A DNA stretch of 64,000 bases, from contig KZ537966.1 of the NCBI GenBank assembly GCA_000934665.2, forward strand, positions 1 through 64,000, written 5' to 3'. Both the position numbers and the translations under genes were made by a program. This stretch comes from Catajapyx aquilonaris. Taxonomy: Eukaryota. This document shows, one piece after another, positions 50,101-59,800 of this stretch; within the stretch, counting starts at the first letter, position 1; the number at the start of each line of letters is the position of its first letter. The notes beneath the pieces are model-generated. The model had not been told where the DNA came from. It saw only the letters and a program-made list of their open reading frames with translations, and searched no databases.

Positions 50101-53100
50101 CCACTCTATCTGCATGTTAAGGAAGGGTTGGCCACAACGTCTCCGGATATATCCGCTCCTTCGAGTTCAAACAAAGGGTCCAAAACAGGGCCAAACTTGC
50201 AATTAAGCTAGTGTTGACGCCCTACATTATTTTTCCTCCGAGAAAAGGGACATCAAGCTAGAAAATGGTTGGTCCAGGCCCGTCTTCCACCTTGCTACAA
50301 CCGCGTTAACGGTTTTAGTATGAGAGCCGCGCTAATGGCAGCGACTCAGCCTATCGGGAGCACTAGCACAACTTTAGTGTAATTACAAGGTCACCGTGTA
50401 TCCTTATACAGCCGGCTGCAAATCAACCGATGCAGGCATGTAACCATCTGACGACTCTCGTGGGGTGCACCCTAAAATTCTCTCCCAATTTTTGGACCTC
50501 CCCTATTCAGGCCTCTCCCAGCAGCATAAAAACAATAACAACAAAGAAAAAAAATTTCATCTAGACCAAATGGAGGTTCATTTTCCGGCTGACAACGGGT
50601 CCAATTCCGCAGAGGGGTGTTCTTGGGAGAAAGTTACAAAAAAAAAAAAAAAAAAAAAAAAAAACCCCGAGTCCAGTTCGGACGTCACAAGTTGAGGCGC
50701 TTCCCTAATCCTCGATCCTAATTACCGCTCCGGAATGGTCACCATGACGATGGACCAAGCAGGGTAAAGTGCCCTGGGAATGCGTTCTCTTAATGGTCCC
50801 CCTGTCCCAGTAACCCGTTGCTGATGCCCCAGCCCGTGTCATCCGGGCTTTTTACAGCCTCAGAAAAGAAGGGACCGGAGGTTGCTACCCATTTCCTCTT
50901 AAAATGCAGCATACCTGACGTGGATTTACACGGAAGTGATGTCCCCAGTACTAATGGTAATTGAAAGACGGGACAAGCATTTTGTCCCACTGTAATTTGC
51001 ATTGCGAGTGGGCTTGTCAATCGGGGGGGGGGGGGGNGGGCGCCTTTTCTCTCTTTTTTTTAACGTTCATAAACGGCTCGCGCCTGCACGTGTAAACGAA
51101 GCGCGCATTTTAATAACCCCCAGCCTGTTGACACAGGGTGTAATTACAAGCTGAATCCGCATTTTCGAAAAAAAAAATCCGAGCAACATGCCGGTCATGA
51201 ATTAAATAGACATTAACCATGATGTCCACCTTCAGCTGCTTCAATAAGAACAAGCATAGGATGACCAGGGTGCAGCGTGCCCCTACCCCTGCCGCATTCG
51301 GTCTCCCGATATGAAAGTCTTTCTGATGACCAGACTGTAGGAGATATTGCACTGAGCTAAAAAAAAAAAAAATGGGCAGGAGTGGGGGCGTTTCGCCTTG
51401 GTGAGCTGGCCCAACACGTGATTTATTATTCCCGGCAAGTAGCTGATGGTACAAAAGACAGTCGGAATTCCGGGCACCTCCGGAACCATTTTCTCGCTCC
51501 TTGCGGTGCGATTAATTGGTGAGGCGCCTCAGAGCCTACTGCTTCATCGCCTCTCACAGATGTGTGCCTGCCTACTAATCATAGCCCAGAGCCGGCGGCA
51601 TGCAAATTCCCAAATCCGTCCCTTGAAACTACTAAAAGTGGCGGAGGAAATCGCCTTGTTGACAAGCAACTCCAACCTCGGCCCCAGCCAAAAAACTGCC
51701 CCCGTTTTCCCCCTCCTGCAAGATAATCTGTCCTAACGATATTGCGCGGCTCTTGTTGGGGAGGAGGGTATACGACGTTATGGAAGCATTCTGCTCCAGG
51801 CTCTTCCCGGACCTTTTAACGTGGCGAAAAATTGACCCATTTCCTACCATCTACCACTTCCTCCCCTCAGCCTCTCTCTCTCCCAGGAGCACAGGTATCG
51901 TACTATGTAAACCCCCCCTCTCCCTTCCACCTCTCCCAAACTGCCTCTGAGTTATAGCCTCCTGGGGAAATACGCTGTCGCAATGTCGATCAAGTCACGT
52001 CGCGGTGCCAGTGAAAATGCAAAACAGTAGGATTGCAAGGTTTGTGTTTTCGTTGCATGGACCCCCAGCTGCCGCGTTGCATCTTTCATGGGAATTGACC
52101 AGCAACATTGTTACAGGATGCTGCAATCTGACTAAACATGTTATCAATTTATTATGATGTTGCGACACCCGGTCCACCAAGCGACAATCTTGTTAAATAA
52201 GTCAAGTCCAAGTTAGCGATATGGACACATGCTAACTTGCTGTGGTATGAACAACAAATGCGAGTGACTGGTCATATTGTGCATGTTGCATTTAAGATTG
52301 ATGCGATTGCTGGAAACGCAGCTAGCTAGTTCCGACCTTATCTGCATACGAGGCAAAGTCACAATAAATTGCTCGAAATGAGCTCTTTGTTGCGCAAAAT
52401 TACGTAATTTGTATGCGTGCTACGTGCGCTGCATTTTCTGCGGGAAATTGTTGAAGCGCTATCTATTCACCCTATATTCTCAAAAAATTCCGCAAGTATT
52501 TTTTGTTGAAAATATTGAATTATCACCTTCAACGTTACAGAGTCAACACATGACACATTCTGACACTAAATGACAGTTTGCGCATAAATTATATGTGTGC
52601 AGAACTGCACATTATATGCATGAACGTGGCTATTCTATTGACGTGTCGCATGGTGAATGAGTCTCAAGAGAGTTTTTGCCATCCTACAGTATTATGTGCA
52701 CGGCCAAACTAAATCCGGCCCAGCCCCACTTCAAAACACAACTATAAAGAGAGGGAAACATGCAGGAAATAGCTTCGAGTTATGTTGGAACCGGTGCCTT
52801 TTCTCTTCCTTTAATTGTACCTTAACGTAATTGGAGGGGAGTTGCAAAAGGGGAAGCTTTAGAAAGCAAGAATTAATGGAGCAAACAAGGTCACTGCAAA
52901 GTCAAAGCCTTGCTAGTATATTATGCCACGCTCTTACAGTATAACTGAGCCTTATATCAAACAATGGCATTATTTTACCGTCACGACATTACACTGCCAA
53001 CGATCTTCCGATTTGATGGCCTAAGAGCACAATATTTTTTTAAAGATGATGTCACACGGTATGGGCCACTCCATGTCCCAAAATCTCAACAACCTCCCAC

Positions 53101-56100
53101 CTTTCCTTTTTTCCGTGACTCTGAAACCGCACGGCATATACACGTCAAGCCACTTCTTTCCTCGAAAATATTCCATTACGTCGTCGTTCACGTTATGCTG
53201 TGTCCCATAACTCTCGCTACACACAAGAGAGTGCATACATATTACATAAGCATCATTTTCGAACCCTACAGTCCCACATCCTCTGTAACGATTAAACCGT
53301 GGTGCCCACAACAGGCCCCATTGTTTCACCCGTACCGGTACGTCCATGGTACGTATTGTTATTCGTTATATTGGGTACGGTCCGGTGTCCATTCCGGAGC
53401 CCTTATCAGCCCCGCTCAAGGACCAAAACCCATATTTAAGCAGTACTAATTCATCAAAGGGCCCGATTAAACAGAGCGTGGATCGGAATAATCGAAATCT
53501 CACGTGAGAAGCCAACTGGGCCTAAAATCGCATGAAACTAAAGGCGGCCATCAGGGTCCGGCTAAAAATACGGTGGAAAAACTCTCAGAATGTATTTAAT
53601 TGATTAAGGTGGTGGTCCCAGTATAATTAGGCACACACCATGGGACGATCCGACTCGACCTTGATTCCTTCCAAAATGTTACCGTGCACCGATACACGAG
53701 TTCGCCTTTTTATAATGTCACGCTGACCTCTTCCAATGAATTGTTGCCGCCCGACTGGAAACGTCAAGCCCCCCAACGACACGGATCACCAAGCATGGTT
53801 TTTGACAACAGTGTGCACAAATTTTTGAACAATGTCGATATCAACCGTCTGGCACACCCGTCCTTGAAAAGATTTTCGCCAGTTCAGGAAACTCCTCATC
53901 GATTGCATTAATTCCTTCGCTATTTGCAGAGAGATTTCCCCGCCAAGTAGTGTCAATACACCGTACCCGGAGGCAGTGACAACCCCTCTTTTTTTTTCTT
54001 CCTAAAACCACCCAATCCAAATAGGTGCAGATTACCCTTTCCATTTCTGCTCTCCCAGATGATTTGCGGTCGTTTTCCCTCTGCGAAGTCGCTCCTAAAA
54101 ATAGATCCGTCTTGACGCTGCCTTGCTTAATAGGCATCATCATTGAAGCCCACCCATATCTACCCTCAATTTTCAGGAACAGAAAAGAAGAAAAAAAATC
54201 CGCTGTAATCGCAGATTCAGGAACGGGAAAAACAAAAACCGGGCATGGAGAGAGTGCACCGATTGGAATCAAATTAGGACCGGAATTGAGTTTGGCAAGG
54301 CGGGTACTGCCAATGAGGGACCTGCACCGGAGAGCTCTCTCTCTCTCTCTCTCTTTTTTTGCGAAATTGTATTTATTTGCCAGCCTGCCACCCTTTGGCA
54401 TGCACACGCATCCATTCCCAGAGCCCAGAGGCAAGAAGAGGAAAACGTCGGAATAAGTTTGCGCCTGCGAAGCGCCCCGCCAAATAGGCCTCCACAATCC
54501 CTCTTGGCATTAACTCCATGGGCCCCGGATCAATAGCCCATCACCTCTCTCTCCTGCACCACTCTCCCATCCTCCCCCCCCCTCAACAACCCATCCGACC
54601 CCGCCCAATCCCTTTTGGAAACAGAAATTACTTTGCCTTCATTTCCACCCTTGGATTCTTCCGCTTCACTCCGGTCCTCTAATTGCAAGTACCTATAACA
54701 GCATCCAGGAGGTTGCAAATCCTGAAATTCCCAAAATCCAGCAGTAAAGTGCACTCCAAATCTGAAAATGTCGGGCCAGGTAAGACCTGACTTTCAATAT
54801 TTGGTTATTAAAATTTCCGCGCTTCTGGACAGTCTCGGATATCCACACAAAAAAAATGTCAGAAAATATTTTTCTCGGGTCCAAAATATATCGTCCCTCC
54901 TTCCAAGCCTTTTGCGGTGGAGGACATTACATTAAAGCCTGCAGAAAGGCGCGCCACGCTTCCACAAACCCTTTCAGCAGCACTCGGAGGAAATTTGCAA
55001 GCAACGTGCCAACGGTGCTGGGGGGAGAGATCCTTTCCTTTTTTTCCACAGAAAACTCACAATTGCCAGATGGCCCCCTTCGCATTGTTGTGGACCGCGT
55101 GCTTTTCTCAACACTTTTCGTGACTCTGGACTCTGAAGTTTCTAACGCAATTTTTTCCCCCAAAAATCCGAGTGATTGCTTGTTCTTGTCTGGTACGTTT
55201 TAATACCGGTCGGCAGCACGTGTGGGGGTCGAAACAGACATCCAATTAAGCCCTGGGTACCTATGAGTGTTTCACCGATGCTCACATAATTACGGTGCTT
55301 AAATTAGTCCTGTCAAGTAGAACAGTGGCTTTTCATACTGGAGGCAGGTAATCTGACTTTATTGAAAAATTTTAAAATTCGAGTGATGTGCTCTATTGAT
55401 TCAACATGCTGTACTGTGCGCAGTGTAGGCCCGTCCTCGCCCCCCTACATATTCAAATGTTAGGCCTGTAATATCATGCGGGATTGCCGGGTGTACGCGC
55501 CACTATGTAACGATTACCTTGGGGTTTGCAGAAGATTTTGTTGCAGCGGCAACGTAGAGCTCTCGGAGGAGTGGTCAGCAGTTAATTAAAATTAGCACCA
55601 TACTTCTCATCAAGTGTAGAACTAAACTCGGTTGTCAGTAATCATTAACCGAGTTGGCGGCGCCTAATGTGGCACCGAAATAGCTTATTCAGAAATACAG
55701 ACTCATTAAGAACTTTCATGTAGCAACTATTAATAGGCTTACAACAATATTCATCACATCCATCAGTTCTTTCCGGTCACCATGTGAAATTTGATTATAC
55801 AAGTGTGCTTCCCTTGCTTTTAGAGTGTAGATCACTCTAGGTCAGAAGTAGCTAATATAGGCCACTCCTATTTCCAGGGCCGAACGCTTTTCAAAGTAGA
55901 AAGACCAAATAAACTGTTGCCCGAGGAGTTGAGTGGCACTTCTGACCATTAGGACCATTGGCTTTAGAGTGAACATGTATCGGTGTAACGAACGTGACAA
56001 GACCAGCTGGATGCTTAGCCGAAAACCTAAAATAAGCTCTTTTTTTACGTTGACATCTACAGTATTTTCATCTCGCTTCACGCGAAATGATCAAGTCATA

Positions 56101-56849
56101 TTACAGTGCCGAGAACTTGAGCCTTTCCCAACATCATCCAATTAACAACGTCATTAGTGTACAGTACCACGCATATGCTGCCACTGTAATTAACGGTACA
56201 ATATCCGGAAAGTAACCACCACATTTAAAAATCATCAACACACGCTACAAATTTCTCCTGACGGAAAAGTAATTTTCCACGCCAACAATGTCACTGTATA
56301 GCGACAGTTGGCACTAACTCCAACTCATGCTTAATTCTCTCTTAGTTAACGCAAATGTGTAACACTGCATTTTGTACTACATTTTGTATAACTAATTCAA
56401 TGCCTGGTGAGGCAACATCAAGGAGAAACGGATGACCCAGGGCGTGTTCGGTTTGAACAATACAAATGACAGGGTGTACACCTTGGGACTCGCGCATCCC
56501 TTTCATCCTTCCTCCTGACAGCGGGTCCTAAGGAGGGGCCCCAAATCGGACCAGCTAAATCATGGAATCAGCAGATGCAGCCCGGAGACTCCGGGACCGC
56601 CACCGGAGCCATCCATCACTCGCCAGCAGCCCAGGGAAAATAAATGACCAGAATTCATCCGTGCAATTTGAATGTACTTGCTCCGACATGCTGGAGGGAG
56701 GGTGGCATGGGGGATATAGGAATGGGGGGCATGGAATCAAATTGAATACTACTTTACCTCGTTGGTATTCCACCTGTGCCGCTGGGTAGGGAAATGATCG
56801 GCCTTCGGCAGGCTTTCCAAGTTCTCGGGTAATTTGATAGGCTCTCCAT
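8127..56849 (-). CDS. Camta: Calmodulin-binding transcription activator (CAMTA), multi-exon, 5'-incomplete: join of 56758-56849, 32508-32575, 27087-27222, 15938-16151, 15041-15087, 13229-14813, 12671-13164, 11837-12584, 11374-11469, 11035-11156, 10812-10969, 10567-10748, 10146-10485, 9998-10072, 8252-8383, 8127-8190
   Basis: Manual splicing gives GT-AG introns with matching phases. The exons total 4553 nt, plus 1 nt from the unseen upstream exon, giving 1518 codons including the stop. Domain order is CG-1 (RHRWNTNEEIAAIL...RDGYCWKKRKDGKTTREDHMKLKVQG...CYVHSAILPTFHRRCYWLLQNPDIVLVHYLNV), TIG (ITDYSPEWAYPEGGVKVLVTGPW), ankyrin repeats (GMTMLHLAAALGY, GYTPLMWAC) and IQ motifs, which is the diagnostic CAMTA layout. 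Confidence 0.97.
8252..8383 (-). CDS. Camta: CAMTA penultimate (or terminal) coding exon (K)LQRERALAAEREKQPGQSPSMSDVLQRLPSQDSSSICPDPNKS(R)
   Basis: Acceptor cctgtccgcag. Phase 2 joins SKN-K-LQRER in frame. Ends at donor CG|gtgagt, or at the TGA (8248-8250) inside that donor if unspliced. Confidence 0.8.
9998..10072 (-). CDS. Camta: CAMTA exon (K)RSYSQRRQHQAARKIQQFMRQSKN, a fourth IQ-like motif; 75 nt, phase 2 to 2
   Basis: Acceptor cactttcag and donor AA|gtgagt. Upstream intron is 73 nt. Confidence 0.93.
10146..10485 (-). CDS. Camta: CAMTA exon with three IQ motifs (IQKAYRSYKGRK, IQNYYRRYKQY, IQNQFRSYCENK); 340 nt, phase 1 to 2
   Basis: Acceptor ccgttgacag and donor AA|gttggt. Shows the IQxxxRxxxxR/K pattern. 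Confidence 0.94.
10567..10748 (-). CDS. Camta: CAMTA exon YYDVGTPSSSLSPASSSCLQSP...PPPTTADFCEFFQASGSVFEKDFSNLTLS; 182 nt, phase 2 to 1
   Basis: Acceptor ttttcatcag and donor G|gtatgc. FSNLTLS|DREQRELYEAA is the conserved pre-IQ motif once the 81-nt intron is removed. Confidence 0.93.
10812..10969 (-). CDS. Camta: CAMTA exon NESEDVMVHENSPQPEF...FNFEFSDHNY(R); 158 nt, phase 0 to 2
   Basis: Acceptor ctccttcag and donor AG|gtagat. Flanking introns are 65 and 63 nt. Confidence 0.9.
11035..11156 (-). CDS. Camta: CAMTA exon (D)CTFARRESISSCDLNLGGEQDVRVLTLAEQIIAAMPDRIK; 122 nt, phase 1 to 0
   Basis: Acceptor cttttgcag and donor AAG|gtgcag. TLAEQIIAAMPDRIK is a conserved animal CAMTA block. Confidence 0.92.
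11374..11469 (-). CDS. Camta: CAMTA exon ETSSGARSASPIIDVEAISDEENEGREALIS; 96 nt, phase 1 to 1
   Basis: Acceptor gggttcag and donor G|gtttgt. In frame with both neighbours. It is a symmetric exon, so it could also be skipped. Confidence 0.8.
11837..12584 (-). CDS. Camta: CAMTA exon: ankyrin repeats (MWACFKGHKEVALVLYQWN...GQTALECARQHGH) and Ser-rich linker; 748 nt, phase 0 to 1
   Basis: Acceptor tcttttcag|ATG and donor T|gtaagt. Upstream intron is 86 nt. Confidence 0.94.
12671..13164 (-). CDS. Camta: CAMTA exon: end of TIG domain (AHEVGLATLQVACEGYVISNAVIFEYK) and first ankyrin repeats; 494 nt, phase 1 to 0
   Basis: Acceptor ttgttgcag and donor CTG|gtaatg. Upstream intron is 64 nt. Contains HKGMTMLHLAAALGYSRLV. 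Confidence 0.95.
13229..14813 (-). CDS. Camta: CAMTA large exon: low-complexity/activation region, His-rich and Pro/Thr-rich tract, N-terminal part of TIG/IPT domain; 1585 nt, phase 0 to 1
   Basis: Within ORF 13125-14900. Acceptor ttgcttccag|ACG (TAETVEAIV) and donor CCAG|gtgagt after GVLRCYCP. Confidence 0.95.
15041..15087 (-). CDS. Camta: CAMTA small exon (F)FSEDEPDLNNELEIS; 47 nt, phase 1 to 0
   Basis: Acceptor ttttccccccccag and donor TCG|gtaatt. Needed to bridge the phase-1 and phase-0 neighbours. Confidence 0.88.
15938..16151 (-). CDS. Camta: CAMTA exon, end of CG-1: CIYGCYVHSAILPTFHRRCYWLLQNPDIVLVHYLNVPYPDDNK...KEWTKEELISQLKPM; 214 nt, phase 0 to 1
   Basis: Acceptor aattacag and donor T|gttagt. 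Conserved CG-1 C-terminal motif. Confidence 0.95.
22442..22583. mobile_element. Fold-back MITE-like element (~65-bp near-perfect inverted arms), possibly Tc1/mariner-derived
   Basis: Left arm ACAATCTGTCTGAATAAGTTTTGGCCACTTTATCCTGGTCTTGAAGCAACC versus reverse-complemented right arm ACAATCTGTCAGAATAAGTTTTGGCCACGTTATCCTGGTCTTGAAGCAACC, with 2 mismatches in 51 nt. TA-rich flanks. The superfamily assignment is inference. Confidence 0.7.
26928..27056. repeat. Two fused perfect inverted repeats (37-bp arms with 1-nt loop; 22-bp arms with 12-nt loop)
   Basis: Hairpins at 26928-27002 and 27001-27056 share GC at 27001-27002. Confidence 0.95.
27087..27222 (-). CDS. Camta: CAMTA CG-1 exon (R)PKSGSMLLYSRKKVRYRRDGYCWKKRKDGKTTREDHMKLKVQGTE; 136 nt, phase 2 to 0
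   Basis: Acceptor ctcttttcag and donor GAA|gtaagt. Encodes the hallmark CG-1 core. Confidence 0.97.
29496..29539. other. Assembly gap (44 N) adjoining a C-run
   Basis: Run of N characters. Single Ns also sit inside other homopolymer runs in this window. Confidence 0.95.
31296..31399. repeat. Two fused perfect inverted repeats (26-bp arms with 1-nt loop; 24-bp arms with 8-nt loop)
   Basis: Hairpins at 31296-31348 and 31344-31399 share TGCAG at 31344-31348. Confidence 0.95.
32508..32575 (-). CDS. Camta: CAMTA CG-1 exon EIAAILISFDRHNEWLSKEVKI(R); 68 nt, phase 0 to 2
   Basis: Acceptor ctctctcgttgcag and donor AG|gtaagt. Joins ...NTNE to RPKSGS in frame. Confidence 0.95.
56758..56849 (-). CDS. 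Camta: CAMTA exon, start of CG-1 domain: (D)GEPIKLPENLESLPKADHFPTQRHRWNTNE; 92 nt, phase 1 to 0
   Basis: Acceptor tcctgttccag and donor GAG|gtaaag. RHRWNTNE is the conserved start of the animal CG-1 domain. This frame is not in the supplied ORF track. Confidence 0.95.
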
Positions 56850-59800
56850 CTGGAACAGGAGGAAAAGGAAAAAGACAGAAACGTTAGTGCGGAACCAGGC
56901 AAACTTGGCGCAACTTTGCGCCGCTTGTCACCAGAGATGTATTAGGCAGGGAGGGTTATAAGGGGAGGGGAAGCTGTTGCTAATGTTCCCCAGCGCCGAC
57001 GGGCTCCAGGCAAATTTCGCCCAATCAGAGAAAAATTCTACCCCGCTTCTCCATTCGCCTAGAATTTCGCTCATAAATCCTTCCGGACGTGTCTGCTGGG
57101 AGACACCCGCACACTCACACACAAAAAAAGCAGGGTCCCAGGTCGCGCCCCCGATTGACCAGAAAAGCCAGAGGAATTATCACTCCCAGCAAGATGGATG
57201 TTAGACTTGGGTATTTTTACGTGACCATCTTTTTCTTTGTATCCGGCTAGGGGATCAAGGGTCCCTTATCGAACACTGTATATATACCTTTGCAGAGGGA
57301 ATCCCAACGTCATTTAGATTCGTGATCACGACATAAATCCCCACAGAAGCCGAACCTAATTTACATTTATAGGGACTCATTCCCTTTTCATACCACATGC
57401 ATAAATAGCTGGGGCATAAGAAAAACTTTCTTTTCTTTTTTTTCTCATTCCTTCTTCTTGTTCCTTGGGTCCCGCCAAGTTTGCAACGACCCTTTTCTTT
57501 CCAGCCTACTTATTGAGCTGTGCAAGCGGCACAGCGTGATGAGTCGACAAGGGCGGAGCTCCCCTACCCCCAAGAGTTATGAGAGCCCTGACTTTTAGGA
57601 ATTGGACTCTTCTCTCTCTCGCCATCCTCCAACTCTTGATACCCGCTGGGAAGACGACGCCATGTTTGGCCCTCTTTCTGTATTTCCTTTGTCTACCGTC
57701 TGTGGCGTGGCAGCAACTTCATTACAGGAATGATTCAGTTATAAGTTAGGCGGGGAGAAAATATGGGAAGTGAAGTGGCAAAGTATGCAAATCCAGATTC
57801 TGAGATGCATTAATATTCAAAGACCTGTGTGCCTTTTTGGCCCCGGTATTCTTCAGCGGTCAACTGTACTATCGCTTTAATTTGTGTGCAACGGTGCATT
57901 TGCAGCTTTTTCAAATATACTGGCAGTGCGTCTCGACCACAAAAGCAGCGGCTGCTGGTCCCTTACAAATTTCGGAAGCGGCTTTTCTGGACCAGGTGGT
58001 CGTACACTCACAAAACCGGGTGTTAAAGACCGGTCTCATACACTGCGCACTTTTTTCTTCATGTTCTGAAAAAGCCAACGAAGTCTCTCCTTAAAGTGAT
58101 AGTAAAGCACAACTGTAATAATGGTTCCCCCAATATTCTCTCACACACCCGGGCGCACCCAATTAATTCATTCCCTGTAACAAAGACTCCCTCCAAGCAA
58201 AAAAATGTATGGGTGTCAGAGGTCCTACAGTACGTTCCATTGGGTTTCCTGGAGGTCGCGAATGATTAATGAAAGGAAACCCGACCATTTTCAATTGCAA
58301 ATAATTCTTCCTGTCACCACCACAATTTCCCACATTCCTCCTCCGTGCCAAACTATCGGAGGAATTCGCGCCCCTAAATATCTGCGATCCACTTTGTCCC
58401 ACCCTATGGATAAAGTGCCGTAAGATCCTCGGCCCATTCTTTTCTACCGTTCCTTGCCGACCGACACGGTCGCTATAGCAAAACGACGTCTTTTGAAAGA
58501 AAAAAAAGGACGAAATAAATGTGGGCAGCACGGGAATGCAGCGGGTCGGTTCCCATGGTCACAAGTGGACTTTCCATGTCGTCGAGGTCGAGATCTACAT
58601 CTAAACCCGAAGCGTAACAACCCATTCCTTGGAAATTATTCCTTCCTTCCTTCCATCGGGTGGGGTTCGCAGAGGTGGAAAAATCCAATCAGATCGTCGT
58701 TTTCTGGTGGTGGGGGTAGAGTCTAAGTAAGCGAAAATGAAGGCAAAGCAGGCGGGAGGAGAAGGGGGAAAAAAAAGAAGAGAAATCAATGCTAAACTAC
58801 TAGTGGAGGCTCAATTAAAGAAAAGGCCCGGCGTGTCGTCTGCTGGTACAACCTTCCCCCAGAATGCCATGGAAAGGTTTAAATTAGCCCCATGCATCTT
58901 TTTTAGGTGGGGTTTGCCCTCGCATTCCCGCAAGCTATAGTCTCGCGTGACACTAGCCCCTGTAGCCTTGCAGCGCGTGGCATTACCCACAAAACTGCGG
59001 TAGGTCCTATGGTGAGAGTGCAGGGTGGGAGAGAGGGGCATCCCGTCTCACATATGCGCACACTTTTGGTCCTGAATGGCCACCATCCGATAGGCTGTGG
59101 GAGTATCATCCAGCCAACAAAAGCGCCTGGGAGGCTGGAACATGCCAGACCTCCCTTGATCGAAGATGGGCTCCCTCGGGGCTACTGTATAACTTGGCTT
59201 TTCTACAAATTTCTGCAGCATCGATTGCATACTGGCCTGCTTTTCTTTCTCGCCAAATACATAACCTCTTCAGCTATGGAGGAGGAGACGCCTGACTTGC
59301 TCCAGAAGTGTTTTCTAGAAGTAGGTCGAAGAGGGTGCTTACCCAACCGGAGGCCTGTCATTGGTTCAAGGCACTCAAGGTCATAGGGGTTAAAAGGGGA
59401 GTCTTTCAACCAATCAAATATTGGCACCGAAAACGAGACATGTGGAATCGTGTGGAACTCATGGTTTCGAACCCCTTCCAAATCGCATAAATATGTAGAA
59501 ATGCCAGTAATTACCAGCGAACCTCCCGGTAATTGAGCCGATAATTCTCTACCCAGTGGAGAGTTTGGTCTTGCCGCGCGCCAAAAATGGGACCATTAAA
59601 AGTGAAAACTAATGCGAATGGAAAGTTGAAGCACTCTCATGCCCCCCTACCCCTCATCTACCAAACAAGCGCCAATTAGTGTAATGAAAATCCATCAATT
59701 CCAAGTTGGTGCATCTCATTCTCTCTCAGCTTCTCCTCCTCCTCCTCCCCGCCTGCTTCTCCACCCCCCTGCTTGAGGCGAGATGAAAACGAGATTCTCC

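Noticed and set aside
32576..56757. Nested gene in the 24-kb intron (many 60-218 aa ORFs)
   Set aside because: The ORFs are rich in homopolymer-derived K/F/G/P runs, show no recognisable domains and form no consistent exon chain.
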